Below, in pieces: positions 12,028 to 24,575 of a DNA stretch of 64,000 bases (the first letter of the stretch is position 1; every line of letters begins with the position of its first letter). Position numbers and translations under genes: made by a program. This DNA is from Dictyostelium discoideum (lineage: Eukaryota), in the NCBI GenBank assembly GCA_000004695.1, contig CM000154.2, forward strand, positions 2,560,001-2,624,000, in the 5' to 3' direction. The notes beneath the pieces were generated by a model that saw only the letters and a list, made by a program, of their open reading frames with translations, had not been told where the DNA came from and ran no database searches.

Positions 12028-14892
12028 TTATTTTCTTGAATCGTTATCATTTGTTATTACCAGTTTTAAAATAGATTTGAATTTTTTTATATCATTACTA
12101 GAGTAGATAGTATCTTGATTACCAATTGATGAAGGAGGTAATTGAAGTATACCAGTTAATAATCTTTTACAATGATGGCAATATTCTTTTTTCGAAAGTT
12201 GTAGTTGTTGTTGTTGATGAGGATTAAGATGAAGATTTGGATTATCACTTGAATTCTTTTTAAAGATTAAACAAGAACAAGTGAGTTTTTCATCAATGAT
12301 CATGGTTATAGTTGAATTATCAGATTTTACAAATAATTTAATACCATCATTTTTATAATTTTGAACTGCGATTAGAGTGTTTTCATTCTTGCTATAATTA
12401 TCGACCCTTGTTAAAGATTTACCATTAACTGTAGAGATTGGATAAGGAGATGAAGGATCTTGTAATTCATATTGATCTTCACCCTCTGTTATATATTCGT
12501 CACTAAAACTTGGACTATAGAAATCTTTTTCCATGATATCTAAAAATGTTTTTAATTTCGATTCGAAAAAGTCTTTTTCTAAATGACCATTTGTTAAGGG
12601 ACAAACTTTTTTTAAACTTTGACAAAATTCATTTCTAATCGTTAAGAAACCATTAACAACCACCAATGGTAATATTAAAGTTGAAAAATCTGGGAAATCG
12701 TGCTTTAATTTTTCAACTAAATCTCTATATCTATCGATTGAATCATTTTCAACTTTTTTAACTTCATTTTCACTGTATACACCATCTCTTGATGGATCAA
12801 TAACTGAAATATCAATAATTGCAATCATTTTACCATTTTCTTTTTCAAATAAATTTGGTGTTAATTGTGGTATATTATTATTATTATGATATTGTTGAGG
12901 TATATGTTGTTGTTGTTGTTGTTGATGCTGTTGCTGTTGTTGTTGTGGTGGTACTAAAAATAATAAGAAATCAGGTGTTACTCTCCATTCTAAAGTTGGT
13001 GTATAAAATAATTTTTCATATTTTTCAGTGATTGGATTTATAAGTTTATATTCAATAGGTTCATATTTTGATTTAACCTCTTGAGTGAAATCATGTGGGA
13101 ATTGAGTTGCATTTGTAATTTCAATTGAATGTAATAATTTGAATCTTGGTGAACTATATTCTAAATGAAATTTCTCTTTAAATTTAGAATCCAACCAAAT
13201 TAATATCTCCCTTGCAATGAATTTACTAATTTGATTATGAATTGATAATCTTGATGTGAATTTATAGATATCTTTCATACTGACAGTTCTAGCGATTTCT
13301 TTAGTATGAAGTGTGGTCTCCTCTTTAGTATGAAGGAAAACCAATTCTACAATTTCCAAATCCATAGTTTGAATAGCTTTTGCTAGACTATTGGTTGGCA
13401 TTGGTTCGAATCTATTTTTACATAACCATTGAATAGCTTTTAAACTCCTACTTTCAATTGCATTAATTAGGGAGAAACTTGCAACACCATAGAAATTTTG
13501 ATGAATCATTTCCATGATCTCAATGTTTGCATGTTTTGCTGCCCAATCCATTGATTCGGTGAATACTCTATGTTTAACTTTGAAATAGGGAGGATTTCTC
13601 TTTGTGATTAATCCTTCCAATAAATGTTTGAAAGTTCTACTTTGATTACCTTTTGCAGCATATTCAAAACATTTAATTGTAACATCAAATAGTTTAAGTT
13701 GATCATCATCCGCTAATATCTCTTGAATCTTTAAATTTAAATTTGGTGATGATGATTGACACATTGCATCGAAAACCGATGAAAGGTTAACACCTCTAAC
13801 ACGTAGATGCTCCAATACCATTAAATTACCTTTACTTGCAATTTCACATAATAACTCTTTAGTTAATTCATATGGTTGTTTAACTCTATCCTCTAAAAAG
13901 AAAACACAATCCATATGACCATTTAATAATGCACCATTCATTGCTTTTGTCGTACAAATTTGATAATCTTTAAATTTTTTATCTGTTAAATCTAATAAAT
14001 GTAATTTTTTTTGATTATTATTATTATTATTATTATTATTATTTGATGTTGTTGTTGTTGTAGTTGTTGTAGTAGTTGTTGTAGTTGTAGTTGTAGTTTG
14101 ATTTGTTGATTTTTTCTTTTTCTTTGATTTTGATTTTGATTTTAAAGTTGGAATGTCCTCAATTGAGAATCTTTTTGGTTGTATATTATCATTGTAGTGA
14201 ATGATTTTAACTAAGAAAAAGAAAAGAAAAGATAAGATTTTAATAAAACCAAATGTTGAAGCTAAATCTAAAGCTTGTGGAGATATTGGTTTATTTTTAT
14301 GTGCTAAATAAACTACAACATCGTAATGACCATTCTTTGAGGCATTGATTATTGCATTTTCAGTGCAACCCTCATTTCTGTTGTTCATTAAGAATTTGAC
14401 GATATTGAGATGACCTTTTTCGGCTGCTTTATCCATCGCATTCGTTGTTACTAACCAATTACCCCAACTTAATGAATTCTCCCATGAATGTAGAGTTTTT
14501 AAAATTTTATAATAACCACCTTCACAAATTGCATCGATTATATCAATTGTGTTAAGGAAAACATTTTGACATGAATCCAATAGGAAATCCAATAATTTTT
14601 CATTACCTGCTGATCTTGCTATTGTACATAGTACATATCCATTCACTGTGTTTAAAATTTGTGAAAATTGAATTAAATCGAATTTCAACGAGAATTCAAA
14701 TTTGTCTAAAAGTAATGAAAAATATCGATTTCTAACCATCCAAACGCTGTTGGTAATATCGTCATAATAAAGTGTACGAAACATTCTTTTATCTCTTATA
14801 AAACCAATTATATGTTCTCTTAAAACTTTACTATTCCAAACTTTACGAAATAAAAAATCGCAATCCCTATTTTCTTTTACCTTTAAAACCAT
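12028..14892 (-). CDS. large ankyrin-repeat-containing protein with poly-Thr/poly-Asn/poly-Gln tracts (paralog family A; N-terminal LFRKVWNSKVLREHII motif)
   Basis: 954-aa uninterrupted ORF; ANK-like motifs AAEKGHLNIVKFLMNN, NASKNGHYDVVVYLAHKN, AAKGNQSRTFKHLLEG; T18 and Q-runs typical of Dictyostelium. Confidence 0.75.
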   Translation of the reverse strand: MVLKVKENRDCDFLFRKVWNSKVLREHIIGFIRDKRMFRTLYYDDITNSVWMVRNRYFSLLLDKFEFSLKFDLIQFSQILNTVNGYVLCTIARSAGNEKLLDFLLDSCQNVFLNTIDIIDAICEGGYYKILKTLHSWENSLSWGNWLVTTNAMDKAAEKGHLNIVKFLMNNRNEGCTENAIINASKNGHYDVVVYLAHKNKPISPQALDLASTFGFIKILSFLFFFLVKIIHYNDNIQPKRFSIEDIPTLKSKSKSKKKKKSTNQTTTTTTTTTTTTTTTTTSNNNNNNNNNNQKKLHLLDLTDKKFKDYQICTTKAMNGALLNGHMDCVFFLEDRVKQPYELTKELLCEIASKGNLMVLEHLRVRGVNLSSVFDAMCQSSSPNLNLKIQEILADDDQLKLFDVTIKCFEYAAKGNQSRTFKHLLEGLITKRNPPYFKVKHRVFTESMDWAAKHANIEIMEMIHQNFYGVASFSLINAIESRSLKAIQWLCKNRFEPMPTNSLAKAIQTMDLEIVELVFLHTKEETTLHTKEIARTVSMKDIYKFTSRLSIHNQISKFIAREILIWLDSKFKEKFHLEYSSPRFKLLHSIEITNATQFPHDFTQEVKSKYEPIEYKLINPITEKYEKLFYTPTLEWRVTPDFLLFLVPPQQQQQQHQQQQQQHIPQQYHNNNNIPQLTPNLFEKENGKMIAIIDISVIDPSRDGVYSENEVKKVENDSIDRYRDLVEKLKHDFPDFSTLILPLVVVNGFLTIRNEFCQSLKKVCPLTNGHLEKDFFESKLKTFLDIMEKDFYSPSFSDEYITEGEDQYELQDPSSPYPISTVNGKSLTRVDNYSKNENTLIAVQNYKNDGIKLFVKSDNSTITMIIDEKLTCSCLIFKKNSSDNPNLHLNPHQQQQLQLSKKEYCHHCKRLLTGILQLPPSSIGNQDTIYSSNDIKKFKSILKLVITNDNDSRK

Positions 14893-15994
14893 ATTGTTTT
14901 TTATTCCATCTTTATTTTCACTTTTTATTGACCCTTTATTTTCATTTTCATTTTTAATTTCTTTAATTTTTTCTTTTTTTTTTTCTTTTCTATTTTTTTT
15001 TTTTTTTTTTTTTTTAAAAAAATTTAATGTTATTTACATTAATTATTAAATTAATAAAATTTCTTTCTTTTTTTCTGTTTTTTTTTTGTTTTTAAAAAAG
15101 TGAAGAAAGAAAGAAATAAAGAAGAAAAAAACAAAAAAAAAAAAGAAAATAAAAATAAAAAATTTAACTTACTCTTCTTGTTCTATATCTAATTCTTCAT
15201 TATGGTTAAGATCTTTTAAAACGTATAAAGAGCATGTATAATTACTTTGTTTAATTTTATATTCTTCAACACTATAGCTATCAAAAAAGATGACTATAGT
15301 TTTTGAAAATTGTGTTTCCATTTTTTAATGGTTAATAAAAAAAAAAAAAATTTCATAAAAAAAAAAAATTTTGAAATTTTGAGCTTTTAAAAAAAATAAA
15401 TGAAATAAAATCAAAAAAGGTTTAATAAAATAAAAAAAACGTATTAAAATAAAAAAATTTTATTTTATTTTATTTTATTTTTATTTTTTTTTTTTTTTTT
15501 AATAATAAGAAATAATTTTTCAAATGATAAAACTAATAAGTTTTTAAAAAAAAAAAAAATCAAATTTTTTTTTAATTTTTTTTTTTTTTTAATTTAATTT
15601 CAGTTTTCACTATTATCCAAAATTTAATATATTAAAATCCGTTTGGCGTTTCATGAAACACATTGTTGTGTTTTTTTAGGAAATTTTTTTTAAAAAAATA
15701 AAAATTTTATGTGAAAATTTGTGGGAAAATGATTTAAAATTCAATATCATGCACCAATAAATAATTATCATTTGGAATCAAAGGAGGTTATCTTAATCTA
15801 CTTAATGGACCATCTGGTTGTTGGCATGAATTTGAGTTAATATTAAATGAAATATTCGTTATATTAAATATTTTTTAATTTTACTGTAAATGTTAAAAAA
15901 AATAAAAAAATTTTTTTTTTTTGACTTGTAAAATATAATTTAAATAATTTTTTTAATTATCATTATCATAAAAATAAAACAAATTCACATTTTT

Positions 15995-16115
15995 TTTTAG
16001 ATATTTATCATTGAATTACCAATAGCATTATAATAACATATGTTTTTAATATGGATATCGAAATTAAAATTATTTATTTATTTTGAAAAAAAAAAAATAA
16101 AAAAAAAACAGAATA
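15995..16115. repeat. ~120-bp dispersed non-coding repeat, copy 1 (3' flank of the 7-TM gene)
   Basis: ttcacattttttttt..attgaattaccaatagcatt.ta....tgtttttaatatggatat.gaaat.aaaattatttattt..(a)n..cagaataa is shared with 22065-22205. Confidence 0.6.
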
Positions 16116-16361
16116 ATTAAAAAAAAAAATAATTAAAAAAAAATTTTATGGCATTGTAAAAACCATTGGACATACCAAAGAGCTAAAAAAAGGAAAAAAA
16201 AAAATAAAATAAAAGTTTAATCCTCAACTTGGACTAAATCAAATTTGTCAAATCGATTTTGGAAAGACCCCCTGTCTGAAATAATTAATATTTTAAAAAA
16301 AAAAAATTTCTTTATTATTTATAAAAAAAAGAATTCTTTTTAAATATTGTTTTGATCAAAT

Positions 16362-17167
16362 TTAAACTTCAGAAGAATTTGAAACACTTATATTATTGGA
16401 ATCAGATATTTGAACATCGATTGTATTTGAATAATGAGTTGAAATATGAGTAACAGATAAAGCCAATTCATTGGCACCATTTGAACTACCACTAGAACCT
16501 TTACTACTATCTGAGCCTACCATTGACTCTGGATAACCTAATAATAATCTAATCTTTCTACAGGTTTCAGATCTACCAAAAATAATTAATGCAGCATAAC
16601 AATTGATTAATTCAAGAGCAAAGAAACCAATATTAATCCAATCTTCAGCATCTGAATCTCTTCCAATGGTAACATAAACAATATTGATAACCCAAAGTAC
16701 AATACCAAGAAAAGATGTAACACCAATGAGACCTTTAACTTTTGAAACAAGCATTTCATCATGTTGAGTCCTATTCTTATTGTGGTAAACTTGTTTTAAA
16801 ATTTTAAAACCAAAGAAACCAAGTGATCCAGTAATTAATGCGGCTGAACAAATGAAATATAATCTCCAAGTTGTATCGATAACTTTACTATAACTACCAT
16901 CAACCAATACTATAACTCCGATTGTAGTATAAAACACCAATGACATAATAACATTACCAATTATAATTCTATCAACAGTTGCAACTCTCTCAAAATGTAC
17001 ACGTTTATCCATATATACAACTGCTAATTTCATTAAAAGTAATACAATAAAAAAGAATTCCATTGCAAAAAATTGTACACTCCATCCATAAATAATACAT
17101 ACAATTTTATTAAGATGTGGTGCTTTAGTATTAAATATCCATGCTAATATACCTGTTGCAATTCTAA
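16362..17167 (-). CDS. seven-transmembrane receptor-like membrane protein, exon 2
   Basis: Acceptor tttttag|TTAGAATT (phase 1); 7 hydrophobic helices in total; Ser-rich C-terminal tail ...SDSSKGSSGSSNGANELALS... Confidence 0.65.
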
Positions 17168-17241
17168 CTAAAAATAATATTAAAGTTAATTTAATAATAA
17201 AATAAAAAAAAATAAAAAAAAAAATCAATTGTATTACTTAC

Positions 17242-17437
17242 ATAAAATTGCTATCATCATACTAAAAAATACCAGAAATGGAATTGATTTTAAGTACATC
17301 CTTTTTAATTTTTGATTCAATTTTTTAGATTTTTGAACTTCAATATAAATATGATATAAAACTATAAATAAAAGTGGGACATACCACATACCTTCTAAAA
17401 AATATATCCACGCCCCTCTTATTTTTTCTTGTACCAT
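17242..17437 (-). CDS. seven-transmembrane receptor-like membrane protein, exon 1
   Basis: MVQEKIRGAWIYFLEGMWYVPLLFIVLYHIYI...MIAIL then T|gtaagt donor. Confidence 0.6.
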
Positions 17438-17493
17438 TTTATTATTATTTTTATTATATTTTTATTAATATTTTTTTTTAATTATTAATGTTA

Positions 17494-17526
<33 letters not shown>

Positions 17527-18277
17527 TTTTATTTTATTTATTTTTTTTAATAATTATTTTTATTCTATTTGTTATTTTTTTTTTATTTTTTATTTTTTCT
17601 ATTATGATTAATTAAATTTATTTAAAAATAAAAAAAAAAAAATCAACTGACCATGTTTTTTTTTTTTTTTTTAACAGTTTTTAGGATAATATTTTATTTT
17701 AATTATTTTTATTTTTTATTTTATTTTTTTTACAACCTTTATTTTTATAAGGTGGAAACTAAGATATTTTTTTTTGGTTGGAGTAAAAAACCATTGCAGA
17801 AAAATATCTTTAAACTAAAAATAAAAAAATATGAAAAACATGAAAAATAGGACACGGATGCTTTTTTATTTTTTTTTTAATTTTTTTTTTTTAAGATATT
17901 TCCCGCATTATTTGAAATTCTTTTTTTTTTTTTTTTCATAATCAAAAAAGAAAAAAAAAAAAAAAAAAAAAGATATTTTAAAAAAAAAAAAAAAAAAAAC
18001 AAAGGAACTAATCAAAAACAAACATTAAAAAAAACAAATTTATAATTTTCACCATTGTTAATGGCAGGGGGGGCCTTTTTTTTTTTTTTTTTTTTTTTTT
18101 GGAAAAAAAATTGGCGGAAAAAAAAATTTTTTTTTTTTTTTTTTTAACCCTAAAAAAAATAAATTTTTTTTTTTTTTTTGCGCGAAAAAAAATTTTTTTA
18201 AAAACAAAAACCCCTTTAAATCCCAAGCCTTTTCTTTGGCAAAAGGTTTTTTTTTTTAAATTTTTTTAAATTTTTTT

Positions 18278-18377
18278 NNNNNNNNNNNNNNNNNNNNNNN
18301 NNNNNNNNNNNNNNNNNNNNNNNNNNNNNNNNNNNNNNNNNNNNNNNNNNNNNNNNNNNNNNNNNNNNNNNNNNNNN
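18278..18377. other. assembly gap (100 N), flanked by G/C-run low-quality-looking sequence
   Basis: n run; 17880-18277 has odd ggggggg/ttttt runs. Confidence 1.
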
Positions 18378-18512
18378 CAAAGAAATAAACGAGAATTTAT
18401 ACATATAATAAATAAATCACTGTTATATCTTCACCGCCACATTCATTCCTCTTAATTTTACCCTTTTTTTGCTCAATAAAGCAAGGGCTATCGTCCTATA
18501 TACTTTTCAACA

Positions 18513-19446
18513 ATGGCTGATGATCACTCAACTGAATTACAGTTAAATCATACAGATAACAACACAACCAATACAAATAATACCTCCACAACCTCAACAA
18601 CAAAAAACAAAAGTGCAAAAATCGACACACCTAAAAAACAAACCCCAACAAACCAACTCTCACTAAACAAAGGACTTGATAATCAATTAGATATCATTGC
18701 ACCTCCATCAATCACAAGACCACTCTCTTTCTTAGAAAAAAACAATAACACCATCAACATTAAGTGTTACTTTAACCAACCACACATCCGTGAAGAATTA
18801 ACCTCAAAAGATGACACAAGAATTCAACAAATTCACAAAAACATTCACAAACTCTTCGAAGATATACTGTCGCAATCAGCATTCAAAATAATTGGTGCAA
18901 CTGCCTTCGTAAATTGCAACGTCGATAAATTAACTTCAATAATCAACCTTCAAAACCAACTTGCACTAAATATCGACAAACTCAACTATAGATTCGATAT
19001 ATCATCAAATGATTATGCAATCATTAAAACATTCATTAAAACGTACTCACCCAAACATGCAAACGATGCAATTACAAACAACCTCACTAAATTCACCAGT
19101 TGTACATCAATTGAATCATTTACTGTCACATACTCATATGCTGTTGCGTTTAAAAGCTACATTATAACATATCATCTAATTGATCACACACACAACATTG
19201 TTGATCAAAAGATCGAACAACCATCTGGTATCACAAGATATATCAAAGCTGCAACACGTAGTGTCACTAAACACAAAATTCAACATGCAAAAAATGCAGA
19301 TATGGCAACAACTATAAAAAATGCCATCACGAACCCAAACATGAACAAAAACAATCAACCACCAAAAAACAACATTAACACCCCACCAATCAACGAAATT
19401 GCAAATTCCAATCGCAATAATAACTCACTTCAAAATAGTGGTTCAA
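18513..19446 (+). CDS. A/C-codon-biased ORF of unknown function (MADDHSTELQLNHTDNNTTNTNN...); composition resembles Dictyostelium non-LTR retrotransposon ORF1 rather than a host gene; truncated by the gap
   Basis: 311 codons open; third positions dominated by A/C (aca aac caa cca), like TRE5-A ORF1 at 34114. The 5' leader 18380-18512 is not AT-rich. No recognisable domain. Confidence 0.4.
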
Positions 19447-19546
19447 NNNNNNNNNNNNNNNNNNNNNNNNNNNNNNNNNNNNNNNNNNNNNNNNNNNNNN
19501 NNNNNNNNNNNNNNNNNNNNNNNNNNNNNNNNNNNNNNNNNNNNNN
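19447..19546. other. assembly gap (100 N)
   Basis: n run. Confidence 1.
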
Positions 19547-19848
19547 TCTATTTTACCACCACCATTAATCTCTACATTCAAATCGATTTTGTCTGATGGT
19601 GGTGGAAAACTCATTGATGATCCAGTTAGTTGATAATGTTGTTGAATTTTACTTATTCTTTCCATATCATCACTATTTTCTTTAATTACCAACCTTGAAA
19701 TAAAATCATTAATACCTTCTTTAACTTTTGAGTTATAAAATGTCCTTTCTCCACTTGAACTTATATAGTAATACGAATAAACTTTTTTTGAAAAAAATTT
19801 ACTAAGAGTTGGGCTTTTGAAACAATGTACTGATCCTCCTCTATGAGC
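19547..19848 (-). CDS. secreted hydrolase-like protein, exon 5 (C-terminal, partial at gap)
   Basis: Acceptor aaaaatag|GCTCATAGAGG; AHRGGSVHCFKSPTLSKFF...ENSDDMERISKIQQHYQLTGSSMSFPPPSDKIDLNVEINGGGKI- runs into the gap. Confidence 0.5.
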
Positions 19849-19930
19849 CTATTTTTGAGTGTTATGAAAAATCAATTTTATTAAAACTAGATTTTAGAAA
19901 TCCATAATTTAAATATAAATTTTTACTTAC

Positions 19931-20443
19931 CTGTTTTTCCATAAAATTATTATCACCAACACAAAACCATTTATAATCATATTGATTAGGTTGGGTTGGT
20001 ACAACTTCATCAGGAAAATCTCGTTTAAATTGAATAACTGAAAAAGCTTGTTTTGAATGATCCTTTTTTCTTGTAATAATTTTATTATTAGGAGCATAAC
20101 CAGTTATATCTTCAACTTGATATACATTACGTTCAAGATTTGAAACTTTTCCTGTTTCAATGTCATTATAATGTTGAGTTTGTAAATAAAAGTTTCCTAA
20201 TAGTGAAATTTGTTGACCACCAAAATCCATCTTTAAGGTTGAAATGTATGTCCAAATGTTTATTAAATTTTTATAACTCAATTTACTGGGATCCATATAT
20301 CTTCTTACACCATAAATATAGTTTTTCCCTAATTGGTTATCTTTGTTATAAAATTGTTTTTGATAAAAATATAATTTTTCTGAATATTGGTTATAAAGTG
20401 TTTCTAAATGTTGCTTTTTACTGTATTCCGAAAAATAATATGC
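19931..20443 (-). CDS. secreted hydrolase-like protein, exon 4
   Basis: aaccag|GCATATTAT ... GAAAAACAG|gtaagt; AYYFSEYSKKQHLETLYNQ...MDPSKLSYKNLINIWTYISTLKMDFGGQQISLLGNFYLQTQHYNDIETGKV...FCVGDNNFMEKQ. Confidence 0.6.
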
Positions 20444-20527
20444 CTGGTTTAAAAAGTTAATTTTTTTTTTTTTTTAATAAATAAGGTAATTTAAAGATTT
20501 TGATTAGATTAATGAAAATACACATAC

Positions 20528-20892
20528 ATGCTTTGCCAAAACATACAATGGGAATTTATCATTTTGGTCCAATATTTTAACATCATTAACAATTCCGGCT
20601 GTTACTTGAGATTCTCGAATATTAATATTTTCGTAATGAATATTTCTCTTTTGAAAATCATTTGTATCAGGTATTCTCATAAAGCTAACTCTTGGAAATT
20701 TGGCAGGATCTAAATCATCTAATATATTTGTTAACTCTAATGATGAGAGTCCCCAATTGACTGCCAAACCATTAACGTAACCAATAACTGAATTTGTTAA
20801 TACCAAATGTCTATAGATACCAACTTCAATCCCTGTTTTTGAAATCGGATAGCAATATGCATACTGTGCTTGTTGTAATTTTGGGTTCTTAT
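20528..20892 (-). CDS. secreted hydrolase-like protein, exon 3
   Basis: ccaaaag|AT.. (phase 1 in) ... AAGCAT|gtatgt; (D)KNPKLQQAQYAYCYPISKTGIEVGIYRHLVLTNSVIGYVNGLAVNWGLSS... Confidence 0.6.
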
Positions 20893-20972
20893 CTTTTGGT
20901 ATTAAATTCAAAAATTAATATTAATAATAAAGGAATGAAATTGGTTAAATGTATGAAATAATGAACCATTAC

Positions 20973-21142
20973 CTCTTAAATTTTTATCTTTATGATTAAA
21001 AACTTCTAAACCAGGATTAAATCCACCTGTTTGTGGCTTTTTTGCAAATTTTCCTTTCTCCATAGTTTCATCATTTCTACTTGTTCTAAACAAAGGAAAT
21101 GCTGTAAAACTATGCATCACATGTATACCACCATCTTTGTTC
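20973..21142 (-). CDS. secreted hydrolase-like protein, exon 2
   Basis: ttgtag|GAACAAAG ... AGAG|gtaatg; (W)NKDGGIHVMHSFTAFPLFRTSRNDETMEKGKFAKKPQTGGFNPGLEVFNHKDKNLR. Confidence 0.6.
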
Positions 21143-21260
21143 CTACAAGTTCACAATGTGTTTAAAATAATAAATCAATTTTTAAATTAAGAAATTAATT
21201 TTCCTTTTTTTTTTTTTTTTTTTAAAAAATTTAAATAAAATTAAAAATTAAAATATTTAC

Positions 21261-21619
21261 CAAATAAAAAATCCTTTTGAATGTCCACCTACTGGATCTT
21301 TATCTCTTGTTTCATCAGGATGATCATTGTAGGTAACATAATTATAATCTGGGTTTTCCATTTGGTTGAATGTTAATAAAAACGCTGATTCACTATCATA
21401 TCTTAATGAATATTCAATTCCTATTTTTTCAGTTATGGTATCAGAGAAACTATTCCAATAATAAATTCCACCTTCTTCAGGTAACTGGTAAATGTACCAT
21501 TTTCTTATTATATTGTTCAATCCAATATCTTTTCCTCCTTGTAAACACATGGGCTGACAATAAAATAATTGAATATTAAATATAATTAAAATTAAAAAAA
21601 TTAAAATAATCTTTTTCAT
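21261..21619 (-). CDS. secreted hydrolase-like protein (possibly phospholipase-B-like/LAMA family; family assignment unverified), exon 1 with signal peptide
   Basis: MKKIILIFLILIIFNIQLFYCQ signal peptide; ..DKDPVGGHSKGFFIW then TG|gtaaat donor. Five exons total, ~570 aa. Confidence 0.6.
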
Positions 21620-22064
21620 TTTATTTGTTGTAATTATTTTTTTTATTCTTTTTAAATAAATTAAATTATTTTAAAAATTAAAATATTTATTTTATTCAAT
21701 TTTATTTTTCTATTACAAGATTCTGATAAAACATGAGCAATAATTTAGGCGAGTATTTTTAACTTTTTTTTATTAAACTAATAAATCATTTATATAAATT
21801 ATTGTGTTAATGTTCAACATATGGTGCACCATTATTGTTTTTCTTTTTGAATAATGTTTCAAAACTAGACATTATTGTCGTTTTTTTTTATTCGAATCCA
21901 ATAGATGATATCATTATTATTAATATTTAATATTTGAAAATAGAAAAAAAAATGTTAGAAGAAAAAAATAATTTATTTAAATAATAAATAAAATTAAATG
22001 ACTTATTCCTTTTTTTTTATCATTTTCATAAAGTAAAAAAAGGAAAAAAAATATACACATATTT

Positions 22065-22205
22065 CACATTTTTTTTAAATGTGTAGCATTGAATTACCAA
22101 TAGCATTTATATTTACATTTGTTTTTAATATGGATATTGAAATAAAAATTATTTATTTGAATTAGAAAAAAAAAAAAAAAAAAAAAAACAGAATAAAAAA
22201 AAAAA
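22065..22205. repeat. ~120-bp dispersed non-coding repeat, copy 2 (3' flank of the 22433-24022 gene)
   Basis: See 15995-16115; ~85% identical core. Confidence 0.6.
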
Positions 22206-22432
22206 TAAAAAATAAAAAAAAATTATATTTTTTATTAATAATTGGTAAAGATCCAAATCTATATCTCCAAATAATTAATATCCAAAAAAAAACTATTGAT
22301 TATGATCTAGATCTGGTAAATAATTAATTAATATCATAAATAAAAGAAAAAAATAATAATAATATTTAAACTTTGGTTAATGATTTTATGTTTGAAATTC
22401 TTTTAAGAATTATAAAAATATTTATTTTAAAG

Positions 22433-23696
22433 TTAAGAATTTTTATAATCAATTAAAGAATTTTTTGAGAAACCATTATTTGAAACAGTTAATTTTAATA
22501 ATTTAAATTGTTTGATATGTTGATTTTTTGAAATGAAAGAATTGAATTTAAATTTATAATCATCCACACTACCAGATATTTGATCAACCATTGATTCGAA
22601 ATAGATTATATTTTTTAAGTTTTCCATTATATTAAAGAGAATGATAGAGTTATCGCCACCATGTATCGAAAACTTTTTTAAAGGTGATATCCAAGACAAG
22701 AAGCAAGTGAAATTATTTATAAATGATTTTTTGAATTTTTCTGAACTCCAAAGTAATGAAGCACCATAGGTAGTACAAGAATTACCAATAAACAAAGATT
22801 CCAATGTTAAATTTTTATTTTTGTTTGTTACCATCTCCTTTAATTCTAACCAATCATTATTGAATGAATCTTGGTCTTTGAAAGTGTCATTAATTGAAGA
22901 ATAGCTTGTCAAACAATTACATATACAATCTGAACGTTTATCTTGTGTATCAGATAAACAATACACTAATTTTCTTAAACAAATACCAACAAAAAGATGA
23001 TGTAAATCTTTAAAGACCAATGGAGATAATAAAAATGTTAAATCTTTTAAAGAGATTGCTGAATCATAAATTTCTAAATATTTGACATTTGAAATCATAG
23101 AAGCATTTTTTGAAAAAATTTCAGTTATTCTTAATGTTTGTGAAACAAATAATTGATTTAATGAATGATTCCAATATCTAAATGCTTCATTTATAACTGG
23201 TTCCTGTAATTCTGTACAAAAATGAATATAGAGTGAAAATAATTTGGTCACTCTTTTCTTTAACTTTTCTAAATCCTTCAAATTACTTGATTGATTAATT
23301 TCCAATTCCAATAATTGTATATTACTTTTAACGATTTCGTTCTCTTTAAATTTAAATATAATTAATTTATCAATATTATCATTAAAATTAACAATATTAA
23401 TATTTCTAATTAAAACTCTTTTAAATGGTATATTAATAATTAATTGATTTTCATTTTGTTGTTTTTTTTTTTGTTGTTGTTGTTGTTGTTGTAATTGTTT
23501 TTGATATTCTATTAAATTTTCAAATCTATTATCGATTTCATTAATTGTAATTTCTTTCTCTCCTTCTGGTGCTCTTATTGAACCACCACCACCTGGTCCA
23601 ATAATTTTATAAAAGTATGGTTTCTTGTAATCATGATGTAATTTAATGGTTTTAATATTCTCTCTTTTAATTATTGAATATTTTTCATTATTAATT

Positions 23697-23772
<76 letters not shown>

Positions 23773-24022
23773 ATGATATACTTGTTGATGATTGATCTTT
23801 ATAATTAAAATCAACTGATACTGTTAAATTATTTGATAATGTTTTAAACCAATCTTTACAAACCAATGCCAATGATAACATTAACTTTTTATTAATAGAT
23901 TCATTCTTTCTATACTCTGAATCAAGATCTGTTATAATTTCCAATGTCTTATTTTGTCTATCAATATGTTTACACAGTAATTTAATTATAAATTTTTGAA
24001 TATATAATGGTATTATGGTCAT
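22433..24022 (-). CDS. hypothetical protein with poly-Asn and poly-Gln tracts
   Basis: 529-aa uninterrupted ORF; MTIIPLYIQKFIIKLLCKHIDRQNKTLEIITDLDSEYRK...; typical coding composition. Confidence 0.6.
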
Positions 24023-24109
24023 TATAAATTAATTATATATGATTTAAAAAAAAAAATAATAATAATAATAAAAAAAAAAAAAAAAGGGGTTTGGGGGGAA
24101 AAAAATAAA

Positions 24110-24152
<43 letters not shown>

Positions 24153-24282
24153 GTATATAGTAATTTTGTTTTTTCACGAATAATTAAAAAATTAAGAAAA
24201 AAAAAAATAAAAAAAAATTAAAAAAATAAAAAAAATAAATAATATAATAAATAAATTAATTTTTATTTTAAATAATTGTTGT

Positions 24283-24323
<41 letters not shown>

Positions 24324-24535
24324 TGGGCAATTACTTTATAATAACCATAACTAACTATCCAATACTTATATGGTATCCATCTAGATGATTCATTACCAAA
24401 TTGATTTTTATTATTTATATTGTTGTAATTGCTTGTTGGTAGAATTTCATTATTATTTGTACCTATTCTATTTTTATTAATTGAGGTTAATGATTCTATT
24501 TTAAAAAAAATAAAAAAATGTTAATTAAATATTTC

Positions 24536-24575
<40 letters not shown>

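Noticed and set aside
12819-13031. Antisense 70-aa ORF within gene A
   Set aside because: Poly-Val from (GTT)n, the antisense of the poly-Gln/Thr coding repeats.
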